Position numbers and translations under genes: made by a program | Notes under the pieces: model-generated | Databases searched by the model: none | Seen by the model: the letters and a program-made list of their open reading frames with translations, nothing else | Told to the model about the DNA's origin: nothing | In this document: in pieces, positions 25,901-37,445 of the stretch | How positions within the stretch are numbered: the first letter of the stretch is position 1 | How the letters are laid out: the number at the start of each line of letters is the position of its first letter | DNA from: Marsupella aquatica | Lineage: Eukaryota; Plantae; Marchantiophyta | DNA length: 64,000 nt | NCBI GenBank assembly: GCA_973895155.1 | Contig: OZ316893.1 | Coordinates: 18,976,857-19,040,856 of the forward strand | Direction: 5' to 3'

Positions 25901-26687
25901 GCCCAAGGTTAGACATCAATTTCCTAGCCTCGTACATATTTTTTGGAATTGAATTACCATCTGGTAACACATTTCGGCGCAGGAAGGTCAACAACTCTGT
26001 CACAAATATATTGGGAACATTGTGATTGCCACAGATGTTCAACAACAACACGACAAAACCCAGCTTGGAGCAGTTCGACCCCTCGTAGATAGGAATGCAA
26101 GCTTCTTTGATGTGTTTTGGGCCCCCAAACACCCACTCCCTCTCTGCTGCACCTTCCCCAATGTCAAAGTCAGGTTGAGCTTGGCCGTCGCCAATGTGTG
26201 GCTGCGGTCCATTGTCCTCTTCTGATTCTACTATGTCGTAAAAAGCATCAAGGTCTTCAAAAATCTCTTGAACCATTCTTGGGACATCCATCCCACCGTC
26301 CTTAGTGACTGCCTCTGCATCTCCATCTTGGTCATCCATGTTCTCATGTTGGACCCCAGGACCATCCTCTGCACAGTCTATGTCCTGCTCTACGTAGTCT
26401 CTACGCCTAGCTGTATTAGAATCCACAAAGTCAGCTCTCCACTCTTCATCAGAGGAGTCTTCTTCTGCTGGTACATTCCAAACCCTCCACCGAGGGTGCC
26501 TTTCATGCCGCAGCAGGTGAAGGTGCACAGTGTTCAAACTCAACGACTTGAATCCTTGGCACTGTGTGCATGGGCATCTCATCCTCCTACTCCTACCTTG
26601 GGCGGCCCGGGCTTGTTCACGCATCCACAATTTAGAATCATGATGCCTAATCCTAAATGGGTTGTGAAGAGGCAACCTTGGAGCCAT
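22987..26687 (-). pseudogene. tnpD: CACTA TnpD DDE transposase, copy 1 (3 exons, at least 4 premature stops)
   Basis: Transposase-associated CPCxxC...H, Transposase_21 (RNFRFGLSLDGVNPF...SCWPV...YNLPPW), DVMHIEKN, DUF4218 (FPPAFFDVMTHL...RWMYPMER) and DUF4216 (FVFPSQVEQAFF). Stops at 25233, about 24640, 23862 and 23197. Confidence 0.93.
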
Positions 26688-27013
26688 CACTATACACACG
26701 CACTCAGCACCCTGTCATTTTATTATGCAAGTGAAAAATACACTTCCTGTTAAGGATTTCACCCTCGACTGTACTTGCCAAAATACGTAACGTTCCAAAA
26801 AAACAAAAAAACAAAAAATATAGGTGCCTGAGTCATGTACCTATTCTCAAGTGAATGAGACAAAATTCCTAAATGTTTGAGGGTGTCAACTCCTCCGCTG
26901 TCCTCACATGTACTGCCTCTGCACGTACATCCATGACCATATCAGAGTCCAATCATGTATAGTCATAGACACAGGTGCCAGGTGCGAGACCGGTGTGAGA
27001 TGTCCTCATCTTA

Positions 27014-27583
27014 CTACCACATCAAATACGGATACCAATCCTGTTGTCGATGCCACTCAGCCCTGAGGTACTCAGGCATGTACATTAAGTCATCAAGGTC
27101 TAAACCCTGCTCATGCCATGGTGGTCTTCGATCCGTGCCTACAAGCAGTGGCAACAGTGCCCTCCATGGTGCACATGTTGCTACCAAGTCCCTCCACTGG
27201 GTACTAATTAGTCTATATTTGCAGATATCTTGTGCGCCAGACACCACAAGAACCCTCGGCCAGACATGTGTAAGAACTATATCATCTGCCAAATTAGGCA
27301 ACAAGGAACCACCTACAGCATCGTGCTTGTCTAACTCATCTGCTGAAAAGTAAATGTCCTCTTCCGACTGTGCATCCTCATTCACCACAGCATTCACAAC
27401 ACATCCAAGGTCTGCAGGCATTATCTCGGATGGAGCTACACTCTGTCTGGTTACCAATCCACACAAGTAAGCCCAAGCAGTAGCCATGCACGATGCAACC
27501 CGTAGGAGGACCCTACATAGGGCCTGACGGTCTGGAAGAGGCAGCATACCCACCAAAGTCTTCAGCCAAACAGAGCCCAACAA
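27014..27583 (-). CDS. F-box-domain protein (CACTA cargo), copy 1
   Basis: LLPNLADDIVLTHVWPRV...ICKYRLISTQWRDLV...PW fits the F-box consensus. The start codon is uncertain. Confidence 0.65.
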   Translation of the reverse strand: MLGSVWLKTLVGMLPLPDRQALCRVLLRVASCMATAWAYLCGLVTRQSVAPSEIMPADLGCVVNAVVNEDAQSEEDIYFSADELDKHDAVGGSLLPNLADDIVLTHVWPRVLVVSGAQDICKYRLISTQWRDLVATCAPWRALLPLLVGTDRRPPWHEQGLDLDDLMYMPEYLRAEWHRQQDWYPYLMW

Positions 27584-27723
27584 GTAGATTCACAGTCACA
27601 CCCCACGCAGCAGGAAACAACAATCACTTCAACTGCGACCAACCATGACAAGATGAGTTAGTTCAAGGATCACATTTATTACAAAATTGTGTTTTATACA
27701 AAAATATGAGGGACTCCTACTCC

Positions 27724-28572
27724 TCACTCTCTCCCACCTTTGCTAAGCATACATCTCCGCTGAATCTTGGAGGGCCAGGCCTCAAAAATATCAAAGTCCC
27801 AAGCATTCTGTCGCTTCCCTCTAGCTGCTGATTCCAGAAGCCAATCAGGGGAAAGCACCCAAAGATTGTTGTTCATGACAAAATCACGCACTGTTGTCTT
27901 AAAGAATTTTCTGCATATTTTCATGTATGACAGACCTACAACATGAGTGGAGGTTTCTGTTAGACTCTCCTCCACTGTCCCACCTAGCTCAACAACTATA
28001 GACTTGTACAGTCTGCACTTAGTCTCCCCAATTCCTTCTTCTGCAAATACCACACTGAACCCCTTCATAATGGTATTTCTCTCCTTGCCATGCTCATTCA
28101 ATATAGCATCTGCACGCATAGGATGGTGTCCTATGTTGACAACAGGTCCATATTGGACAGAAGCAAAGTTGGGTTTCTCTGCCGCTGCTTCATAGGCTTC
28201 CTTTTCAGCCAAAGCCTCTGCAGTGGCCTCCTCACTCTCCCACAACTCATATTGCTCAGTACTCTGTACACACCTATGTTTAACAGAATCGGTCAGCCAA
28301 GAGACTTCAACTACTTTTAGACCTTGGTTGGTAATGGCAGAATCAATGAAGGACCATGACCACTTGTTCATCACATCCAGCCATGTCCCCGCAACAACAT
28401 GTGTAGTCTGTGGAGTGATGTCCTTGACTTCAGTCCCATGGAACTCTGAGAATCGTTTTTGTACGATTGGCCAACTCACTTGGGTGAACCCATAGTGGCC
28501 AGGAATCAAAATGGCTTTGATTCCAGCCAACAGAGGCGGGTGGTCAACCTTTGTACGTTTCCTAGAGGCCAT
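27724..28572 (-). CDS. Tandem BRCT-domain protein (CACTA cargo), copy 1
   Basis: Two BRCT repeats: (G...TTHVV...VVEVSWLTDSV...Y) and (LGG...STHVV...VLSPDWLLESA...F). The N-terminus MASRKRTKV is basic and NLS-like. Confidence 0.85.
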   Translation of the reverse strand: MASRKRTKVDHPPLLAGIKAILIPGHYGFTQVSWPIVQKRFSEFHGTEVKDITPQTTHVVAGTWLDVMNKWSWSFIDSAITNQGLKVVEVSWLTDSVKHRCVQSTEQYELWESEEATAEALAEKEAYEAAAEKPNFASVQYGPVVNIGHHPMRADAILNEHGKERNTIMKGFSVVFAEEGIGETKCRLYKSIVVELGGTVEESLTETSTHVVGLSYMKICRKFFKTTVRDFVMNNNLWVLSPDWLLESAARGKRQNAWDFDIFEAWPSKIQRRCMLSKGGRE

Positions 28573-29170
28573 GTACACACGGGCCACCTAATCACTGCAG
28601 ACCGGAAGATAATGCGTTCACCTGATAATCGGAGGGCCCTTAAAATGCTGCGTTTATAACTTGGTCCAGTCCAGTCGTCTGGTGAGTCTCTGCTCCGATT
28701 CCAAACGGGAGAAATATTGGGACAAACGTACTAGACACCTGCAAGCATGCACCTCATAGTTTGAATATGTGCCTTCACAATATTGAAGGTGACAAGTGCA
28801 ATTGTTTTGTGATGCCACATACAGATGTTGTAAATGGGCAGACATTCAATGAGAATACAAAATGTTGGTACACTTTAAGGGAATTCTCGCAAATTAAATA
28901 GCCTTGTAACTTATATGCTCATAATGAGAAGTCCTGATTTAATTTAAGCAGTGTCATGTAAGTCGTGATCAAAATGATTGCAAAGTTAAAAAAGTTCCTA
29001 GAAGGCTTAAGGGCAGTTTTTGAAGGCATGTACCCAGGAACAAGTAATGAACTTAGGGTACTTGTTGCCTAAGCATCCTCTCCTACAGAGGTCCTTCTTC
29101 TCAAAATTGGAATGTCTGCAATCTCCAAGGTATCCACATCAGGTGCACTATGCATGTATATTATTCAGGT

Positions 29171-29851
29171 TCAAAGCCAAGAAATGTGATCTCTCATGGG
29201 AGTGTGCAAAGTAGGATCTATGGCATGGTGATGACAATAGAAGATCCATCGATCAACACCATGTGCAGAGTGATCATAGATGTGTCTGTCACAAGCATAA
29301 CCTTCTGCTTGACGCTCCTTCAAACAATGAAAGTGCCACATGGTGGGACACCTAACACAGTGGACTATGTCCACCCAGAAATCTTCATCGTGCTGACCAC
29401 ATGCCTTGCACTTATGAAGTGGGCAAGCTGTGGCAAGATCGGGCAAACATGAAAAACAAAAGAACCTCACACAATATCTGTCAGGGCATTTCCTAACAAG
29501 TGGTGGAGCATCAACAGAGCCCTCATAAGACCCCAACTTCCCACAATGTGCACACTTAGCCTGCTTCTCCAAACAATCAGTGCACATCCAGCCTCCCTGG
29601 TGTGCTGACGGGAGGCCCACCCCTGGACAGTTGTTTTCTGCAGCAAGGTCAGACTCCGGGTTGAGGTGGAAATGCCTCATGCAAGGGCCCTCACATATGG
29701 CTAAGCCACCACCATCGTCACAAATGGCACAACAATGAGCTGCCTTCTGGAAAATCTGACTTGCGGAGAAGTTACTACCATCTGGCCCAACTACACCTGT
29801 GTTGCTCACCTCTGTCCCCCGCTTCTTGGCTCGGATTTTAGGGCGTGCCAT
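29171..29851 (-). CDS. EDM2-like composite PHD-finger protein (CACTA cargo), copy 1
   Basis: CAICDDGG..CEGPCMRHFH..C..CxxC..CxxCGKLGS..C....C..FF..C..CPLHKCxxC..CxRCP..WH..CL..IFYCxxHxID..LxTPxRDH is collinear with the PHD region of plant EDM2 as I recall it. Confidence 0.85.
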   Translation of the reverse strand: MARPKIRAKKRGTEVSNTGVVGPDGSNFSASQIFQKAAHCCAICDDGGGLAICEGPCMRHFHLNPESDLAAENNCPGVGLPSAHQGGWMCTDCLEKQAKCAHCGKLGSYEGSVDAPPLVRKCPDRYCVRFFCFSCLPDLATACPLHKCKACGQHDEDFWVDIVHCVRCPTMWHFHCLKERQAEGYACDRHIYDHSAHGVDRWIFYCHHHAIDPTLHTPMRDHISWL

Positions 29852-30519
29852 GCCTACGCATGAGATAGATAGTACAATTTAGCAGAGTGCACGGACAATA
29901 CAATTTAGTGCAGTGTACAAAAAGTACAGTGTAGCATATAGACTAGAGTGGCAATTGCTACTGCAATGAAATGTTCACACACATGTGCAGAGTAGACATA
30001 CTTTTTGGTTTGTTGAGCCCACACTAAAAACTGATCCCCTCGTACAATAGCTCCACCTACACCTCAATTTTGTGGCTATGATTCACCAAAGGAGATCTGC
30101 AACAAGATTTAATGCATTTGAATCACATATAACAGTCGTGACATGTAAAATAGGCATTTTTGAACAGGATTGGTATCAAGCAGTGTGATCAGGGTTGTAA
30201 TTTATACATCCTAAATAGGCTATGATAGTGAATGAGACAAATAAGTTAGGCAGAAATCACTTTTTCCAGGTTATCACATGGCCCATTAATTCCAGTCTTT
30301 GAAAGGAGACTTTTAAGTGAGCTTGCTAGCCTCTTAAATTAGGATATTGTACTTAGTGCAGCCATAATAGGATAAGTTATGTACTGTTGACCCTAAACCC
30401 TGGACCCAAAATTGGTCATAATTCAAAATCTTAAGTAAATATCCTCTCTGTTCAAGTCAAAGTGTTAAGTTATAGGTCAATGGTCTCTGGTTTGTGCATG
30501 CGGTGTGACAAGTGGTCCT

Positions 30520-30969
30520 CTAGAGCGTGTGATCCAAACATGTGTAGACACCAAAGTGACCGGTGGTGGGGTCTGGGAGGGCAGGACAAGTGACATCGCC
30601 AGGCACACTGCAGGATGGCGAGTGGTTCCAGATGATACATTGTGCTCTGTGAAAAAACCGACATCCAAGAGAACGGTCATCCAACTCTAGGCCAGAAGCC
30701 CTACAGGCAGGACAGTCATATTGGCAACTGTGCACACACCCTTGGGCCCTAATTTGTGGCGGGTCATGTATGAGAGACAGAAATACCAAGGATGTTGGGA
30801 AGGGTGGAGAAGCAGGTACAGGCCGGCTGTAGTTGTTCCTGGCAACAACTGGGTACTCAAAGTACCATGCAGACTGGGCTGGAAGGATCCCAAGTCTGAC
30901 ATACTCAAGGCGCAACATCTCTGCCTTGCGTGCAAGCCGCACATGTTCAGCGTTGCGGGTCCTCACCAT
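30520..30969 (-). CDS. 149-aa Cys/His-rich hypothetical protein (CACTA cargo), copy 1
   Basis: ATG-initiated and co-oriented with the other cargo. It contains CxHxCxxxCxxC and further C/H residues. No family recognised. Confidence 0.4.
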   Translation of the reverse strand: MVRTRNAEHVRLARKAEMLRLEYVRLGILPAQSAWYFEYPVVARNNYSRPVPASPPFPTSLVFLSLIHDPPQIRAQGCVHSCQYDCPACRASGLELDDRSLGCRFFHRAQCIIWNHSPSCSVPGDVTCPALPDPTTGHFGVYTCLDHTL

Positions 30970-33900
30970 AAGTGTTGCTTTTGTGGAGATGTCGTGTGTT
31001 CACGTCCTCTGATAAGCACCTTCGATCAGCAAGGTGAGCAGGAGCTGTACTTGCCTCACCAACAACAACCAACCTTAAATTATCAGTTCCCACTCACTGT
31101 GTCATTCCATTGGTTCCAGCTAGGGGTCACAGTGTAAACATAGCATGAAACACTCCTAATCAACTTGCTTACAAACTACAATATCCAGAAAGAGTGAAAG
31201 TCTCACCCTCCAGTGAGCAGCAGAGAGGTAGTTCACTAGATGTGTTGATGTGCAGTTAAACCTCCACTATTGCTTACTTCTGGTGTATGCTGCTCAGAAG
31301 AAGACATATTAGTAGCAGCAAATTGCAAATAATGGCCATAAGCAAACCGTGAGAGTTTGCAGAATGCTACGACAAATCCATCACAGCAGTGCTCCACAGG
31401 AATGAAACCAAGCAAAATTTGGTGACCTCGGCCAATGACAAGGCCAATGTAGTGAACAATCCTTGACCGATCAGGATATGGATTGGAATTACAATTAGTC
31501 AGCTCTTCTTCTTTGTTTTCTAACTCTGGGGGAAATGAGCATGACCAGGGAATTCTTTGAGAAATAGAAGTGCACAGGGAAAATGAAATTGGCTCATTCA
31601 GCTGCGCAAGACCGGCCATTGCAGCAAACTTGGACAGTTGTTCTGCAATACATAAAATACCCTGACTTACATGCAATCGATACAATCTGCTTCTGTTGGC
31701 TGTCCTATAGCTCACGGTAGTGCCGTTGGGATAGGGTAAGTGAATATTGCCATAGCTGAAGCACATTGAGCTTGCAGCAAGAAGTGAAGGAGCATGGCCA
31801 AAAGCAGAAAAGACAGACAGGTTTTACAAGAAGAAACTAACAACCGCCAATCTGCTCAAATCCGCTGCATAGATCAAACCCTCCAAACTACACAGCCCTC
31901 CTTTGAAAACAATCCAATGTGCTTTGGCTGGTGGATGACAAGGACTGGGAGAAGAGGAAACGTCTACACAATCAATCCCAATGACGGGACACAGAGACCA
32001 GGCACAGAGAGGATTTGTGCTTAGACAAAAACCACAAATTGTAGCATGGGCGCCATAGCATTGGGCGGCAATGGGAAGAATTACATCAAATGAGTGGACA
32101 GAGAATGAACAGTCCGGTTATAGGCAAACAGCGACTGATGCCCTGATGCAATGAAACACGCATTGACATAGCGGAGGGACATAAAAACTACATAAGCCAA
32201 CTTACTGACCTTTTAAGGCCCACAATTTCAAGGGGAGGGACAAAGACAGCAATAACAGACGCAGAGACAAAGCTGTACTCTGTCAATTGAGTAGGCAAGT
32301 GGGTGGGTGAAGATCAACAACCAATGTAGCAGCGCAACCAGAGTAGCAACAAAGAAGCAGGTTGCCCTCAGTCTCCTATTTTTCAAGCAGCTCGTGCTCG
32401 CGGTCAATCTCCTATTCTGCAAGCAGCTCACGCTCGTCCCTCTTGTTCTGCAAGCAGGTCATTCTTGTCGGCGATGGTGCAAGCTGTCCTCCTAAACTCT
32501 GACACTCAAAATGAAAAGACCAAGCACCTCCAATCTGTTTGATCCCTTCTGCAAGCAGCCGAGCGGCAGACGATAATGTAGGGATCAAGAACCAAGTGCC
32601 AGACGGACATTGCACAAAATGAGGACCGGGGGCAGAGACAAAATCTACCGAAATCTACCGAAATCTACTTCTTGGGGTCCAGCCCACGGATGGACATCAT
32701 GCAAGGTGGTCAAAAATGGTAAGTGCAATTGTTGGAGAGTTGTACTCGCGATTACTAACGGTGCATCCACAAAACGCGTCATCAAGTTGTCAGTGCGGCC
32801 ACAACAATTTTGACAATCTCAGGATCACAGGTCCACAAACAAGTTGCAAATGAAGACACACAACGTCCAGGAGGGAAAGTCCGCAACACTAACCCTTTGT
32901 AAAGCCCCCGAGCTTACCTTCTAGCTGCCGACGCAAAGAGAAAACCTACTCGGACACTGAAGCAACCCTAAACTCAAAGTCTCACCTTAGCGCAACAACT
33001 CCTGGATTGGATTCAGCTAGCTCAGGCTCAATGAAGCATGTCGCCTCGGGCTCTCCGGATCCTCCCAAGGCAGCAAACAAGTTAGGGTCCACGGTCCTTG
33101 TACCTTCACCGCACCGTTGTGTCCTTCCCAATGCCTCCTCTGTAGTTGCGTCTTGTCTGCAACTCTACAGCTCCTCGTGTTGCTCTGCCGCACTTAGTTA
33201 TATTCCAACGCCCGATCGTGACCAAAAAGAGTTTTCTCCTGCTGGACAGCACTAGGCATTTGTTCAATCTCTTGATCACGCGTAAGCAGCTACAGGTATG
33301 AATCACTCAGTTGGCAGCTCAATACGCTTACAGCAAGAGGGCGCAATAGGTAGAAGCTCGCGCTACCTAGACCAGCACAAGGACAAAGCATTAACATTGA
33401 AACTGTACCATGGAGCTAGAGAAAACCACAGAGTAATTGAAGCCTAACAATACCCTTCTTAGCTCCCGACTCCAAACTCTTGGCTCCCAGTTTGCAAGAA
33501 CAAGCACTATGAAAATATGGATTCCCACATTGACTGTGTCCGCAGAACAGATGCAACCCGCATGCAACTTCACCAGCTCAACGGCAGCTTGACAACTGAA
33601 GGACCTCCCAATGAGCCTCACGGCCTCCCGATGCTCGTTATGGGTGCAGCAAAAGGGTCTATACCACAACTGTGACCGAGATTGTCACCCAAAACCTTGA
33701 AGAAACCCCAACCTCCGACTCCTCAAACTCCGACAAGCTCCTCACGAATGTTGCAGCAGCCACAACCTTCTTCGCCCTACCAGCCAAAAACTAAATGTCC
33801 CTAAAGGAGATCGAGCAGGAATGCAGGTCTATGAGTAGACTGCAAGCGCAAGGTTAGATCACTGCAACTGCCTGAACACTGCTCCTCGAGAGCATAAACA

Positions 33901-35367
33901 AGCACATAACGCGCGGGAAGTTCACTCCGCAATGGTCGCAAAAAGTGGGCAACACTGAAAGGAAAACCCTACGTAAAACCCCGAACACTCCACCCCTCAC
34001 GTTCTAAGTTCAATGACAATGGCGAAAACTCCAAAGAGACTCCCAAAGTGAAGTTTAGTGCCTGAAACCGAATTAGGGGAAGCCACTCAGCCTTACCGTT
34101 TGAGTGAGCCGTTGAGTGTCACCCAAAGTGGGACAAAGCTACAAAGTGTTACTGCATGGCCAACTTAGGCAATGAATGGTCATATTTGCACATACATGGT
34201 CGGTAGTGATATTTTATTGCACGCCGTAATCAGGATTAAGGTTGCCCAACATTATATCCGGTCCTAAAATGCAATATTCCCGGTGCAAGAATGTGACCTA
34301 GCTCTAATGTATGAAAAAGGACCGGTACAAATCTACCTTTGTGCATCTTGACCTTTTATAGATGGATTTAGTAATGGCCAAGAATATCTTGACCGTCCCT
34401 CCATGGTCCAACCTCCATGAACCCCACTTCATTAAACCCAAAACCTTTTTGGTCACAAATAAGGAAATTTAATGAGTTATGCCCCTTGCTATCACCCTCT
34501 TTATAGATTTATTTTTTTGTTTGAAATTTTACATTTATTCCGCGTGAACCCCACGGATGGGGGAACCAGTAGGCCAAATGGCATCATAAAACCTCAACAC
34601 CCAAAGGAGGCAATAACAAAGAGTTACTCAACCAGGGTCATCAGATCAGGCAAAGATTGCGAAGCCGTTCTTCTAGTGGTCCATGCAACAAGTAACAACT
34701 AGGGAATAAGCACTAGAAGGCGCAGTAGGTCAGCATAGTGTAAGTGTAAAGTGTCAAAGCATTGTCTAGTACTAAATTAATCCACCTGATTAGTAAGAAG
34801 GGGGTGTATACTGTAATGGGAAAAAGAAAAAAAAACCAAGGCATGAGCAAGGGCCACCAAGAGTGGTGCAGCTATAAGCTATAGGGATTGAACACAATGC
34901 GGGGGGGCAGTGGCACTATGTATGAGGAAATCACGGGAGTATCGGTGTCAAATGAGTCGACAAAACTCCCAGATAGCCACACAGTATAAATCAATCTCAC
35001 AGAAGGCTGCCATCAATGGAGGAAACAATTTGACACGACCCACATCTGAGAGTGTGAATTCGCTCGATCTCTAGCAGTTCTTTGGCACTCGATAGACGTC
35101 GGTGCTTTCGGCTCAAAGATGAAGGAGAATTACCCCTCCTCAACATAGAGTGAACATTACCCATGATGTGCTAGACTATTCACCCTTCACAAAGTAGCAA
35201 GGTTACTTCTCATAGTCTTTTAGTGAACCATAAAACTCTCATAGTCTTTTCTAGTCTTCAACAAAACCGGTGCAATGGGTGCGAGTCGTTTTAAGTATGG
35301 AAAAAGGACTTAGTGGGCATAGTCCTATAAGGTATGGTCTAAATTGCCCCGGTTTCTACTAGTGTAT

Positions 35368-37445
35368 TGAAGCTTGGAGGTGTCAAGTTTGAGGTGGAAA
35401 AATACGATGGGCGAAATAATTACTTGCTATGGGAGAAGTAGGTCAAGGGAATTTGTTGTGCTATGGGCCTAGATCATCTGCTATCTACTCGGGAGGAGTC
35501 TAGCAGTGAGGAGGAGATCTCATTGAGGAAATGAAGGTAGGAGCAAGTGATTGTTGTTAATGCGATGATGCTGTATCTGAAGTCACACATCATCAAGAAG
35601 CTGGATGACTATGAGGATTGTGTATCCTTGTTCAAGGCCCTAAGTGATAAGTACTACTACGAAGATACCTTAGATCAGTTGTACAAGAAGTATCTCTTGA
35701 TGAGCTTAGCTGTGGATTTGTCAAAGATGAAGATAAGGCATTGCTTCTTCTCAACTCCTTACCCCCATTGTATCAAGGTTTGATGCAAGTTCTCTTGTAT
35801 AGAGACCTCAAAATCATTTCATATGATGAGGTGGTAAGTTCTTTGCTGTTAGATGGTGCAAAGAAGAAATTGGATCATGCCCAGACACCATCTTCATCCG
35901 GCACTACGTTGAATGTGAACTGTGGAAGGACTCAACAGCGGATAATTGGAGAAAATAGGTCTTTTTCACAATCATACCCTTCACAAAATAGAAGCAAGGA
36001 CAAGGTTAGGTCTAAGTCTAGATCTAGGTCTAGAGAAAAATCTCTAGAAAGGAAACCGATTATATGTTGGAAGTGTGGCAAGACTGGCCACATGAAAAGA
36101 GACTGTCGAGTCAAGCAGACTCATCAACCATCAGCGAATGCAACCACTGATGTTGATATGATCAATTTACTTGATGATGACATTTTATGATACCGAGGTT
36201 TTCCTCTCAACGTAGTGTCACATCCAAGTGATGATGATTGGATACATCAGTGATTTCACTAACTCTGGACATTTTTTTGTCCAATTTTTGATCATAAAAT
36301 TTCCAACACCAATTATTATTTTCCCTATAACTTGAGTTCTAGAGTACATTGTATGTTATGCATAGATTTATTAGGAGTAGCTTGTTAAGCTTCATATATC
36401 TTGATCAAAAAATTTCAAATATGATATTGATAAGTTTCATATTTATTTACAATTTAGTTGATTTAAATTTCCAAAAAGTTGTTATGAAATTTCCAAATCG
36501 TTAATAATATTCCAGAATTAGTGAAACTATTGATATACTAGATAGTGCATGTACCTTTCACATTTGCTCTAGGAGAGATCATTTTTGTTCTTACACGGAT
36601 TCCAACAGTTCAATGTTGATGGAAATAGAATCCCATGTCAAGTGGTTGGACTTGGATCTGTGAATTTCAGATGTTTGATGGTGTTGTGAGTACGTTGAGA
36701 AAATGTGAGATATATTCCCAGCATGATGAAAAATCTTATTCACTCGAAAGAAATGGCCATCGGTGGAGTTATGCTAATGGTGTCCTTCAGATTTCAACTG
36801 ATACTAAAGTTGTGTTGAATGGAAAAAGGCATAAAAATCTATACATTTTGGAGGGCAATGCATTCTGTGATGAAGCCAATGTAACCTTATCTCACAAGAA
36901 GACGACCCGACTATGGCATTTCAGATTGGATCACATGAGTGAAAAAGGTTTGGCTGTTCTTCAAAAAAAGGGATTACTTTCTAATTTGCAATCTTGTAAG
37001 GTAGATTTTTGTGAGCATTGTGTGCTTGGAAAGTAACATAGGAAACCCTTTGGAGTTGGAACTCACACCAGCAAGGAGGTACTTGAGTACATAGTGATGT
37101 GTGGGGACCAGCCGTTACTCCCTCGCATTCTGGAAGAGTTTACTATGTCACGTTCATTGACGATTACTCAAGGTACGTGTGGATATACTTTTTACACAAT
37201 AAGTCTGATGTTTTTGCCACTTTGAAGGAATGAAAAGCCCAAGTTGAGAATCAGACTGGTAACAAGGTGAGATATCTTCGATCGGATAATAGCAGTGAAT
37301 ACAGTTCTAGTAAATTTAGAACGTATTGTAAAGAGTAGGGGATTACACGCCATCACAACAAGTTATACTTCTCAGCAAAATGGTATTTTTGAGAGGCACA
37401 ACCAAACACTATTGGAGCGCTCGAGGAGTATGTTGAGCCAATCAT
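35368..37445 (+). pseudogene. gag-pol: Copia gag-protease-integrase (N-terminal part), degenerate
   Basis: LLLNSLPP.Y, zinc knuckle CWKCGKTGHMKRDC, protease WILDSACTFHIC (split by a MITE), pre-integrase LWHFRLDHMSEKGL, CEHCVLGK, DVWGP, FIDDYSR and LRSDN. Many stops and frameshifts. Confidence 0.92.
36245..36535. mobile_element. 291-bp Tc1/mariner-type MITE
   Basis: Imperfect TIRs of about 25 bp (CATCAGTGATTTCACTAACTCTGGA / TCCAGAATTAGTGAAACTATTGATA), TA TSD (36243-44, 36536-37) and an AT-rich interior. Removing it restores the protease motif WILDS. Confidence 0.88.

Larger units (their letters stand above)
18813..35364 (-). mobile_element. CACTA (En/Spm) DNA transposon, copy 1 (16.55 kb)
   Basis: TIRs CACTAGTAGAAACCGGGG / CCCCGGTTTCTACTAGTG, 3-bp TSD TAT (18810-18812, 35365-35367), GACT/AGTC-rich subterminal repeats, and TnpD and TnpA on the minus strand. 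Confidence 0.97.

Noticed and set aside
24213-28495. Many plus-strand ORFs overlapping the CACTA genes (mirrored on the minus strand in copy 2)
   Set aside because: They are antisense shadow ORFs, and their presence in both copies only reflects recent shared ancestry.
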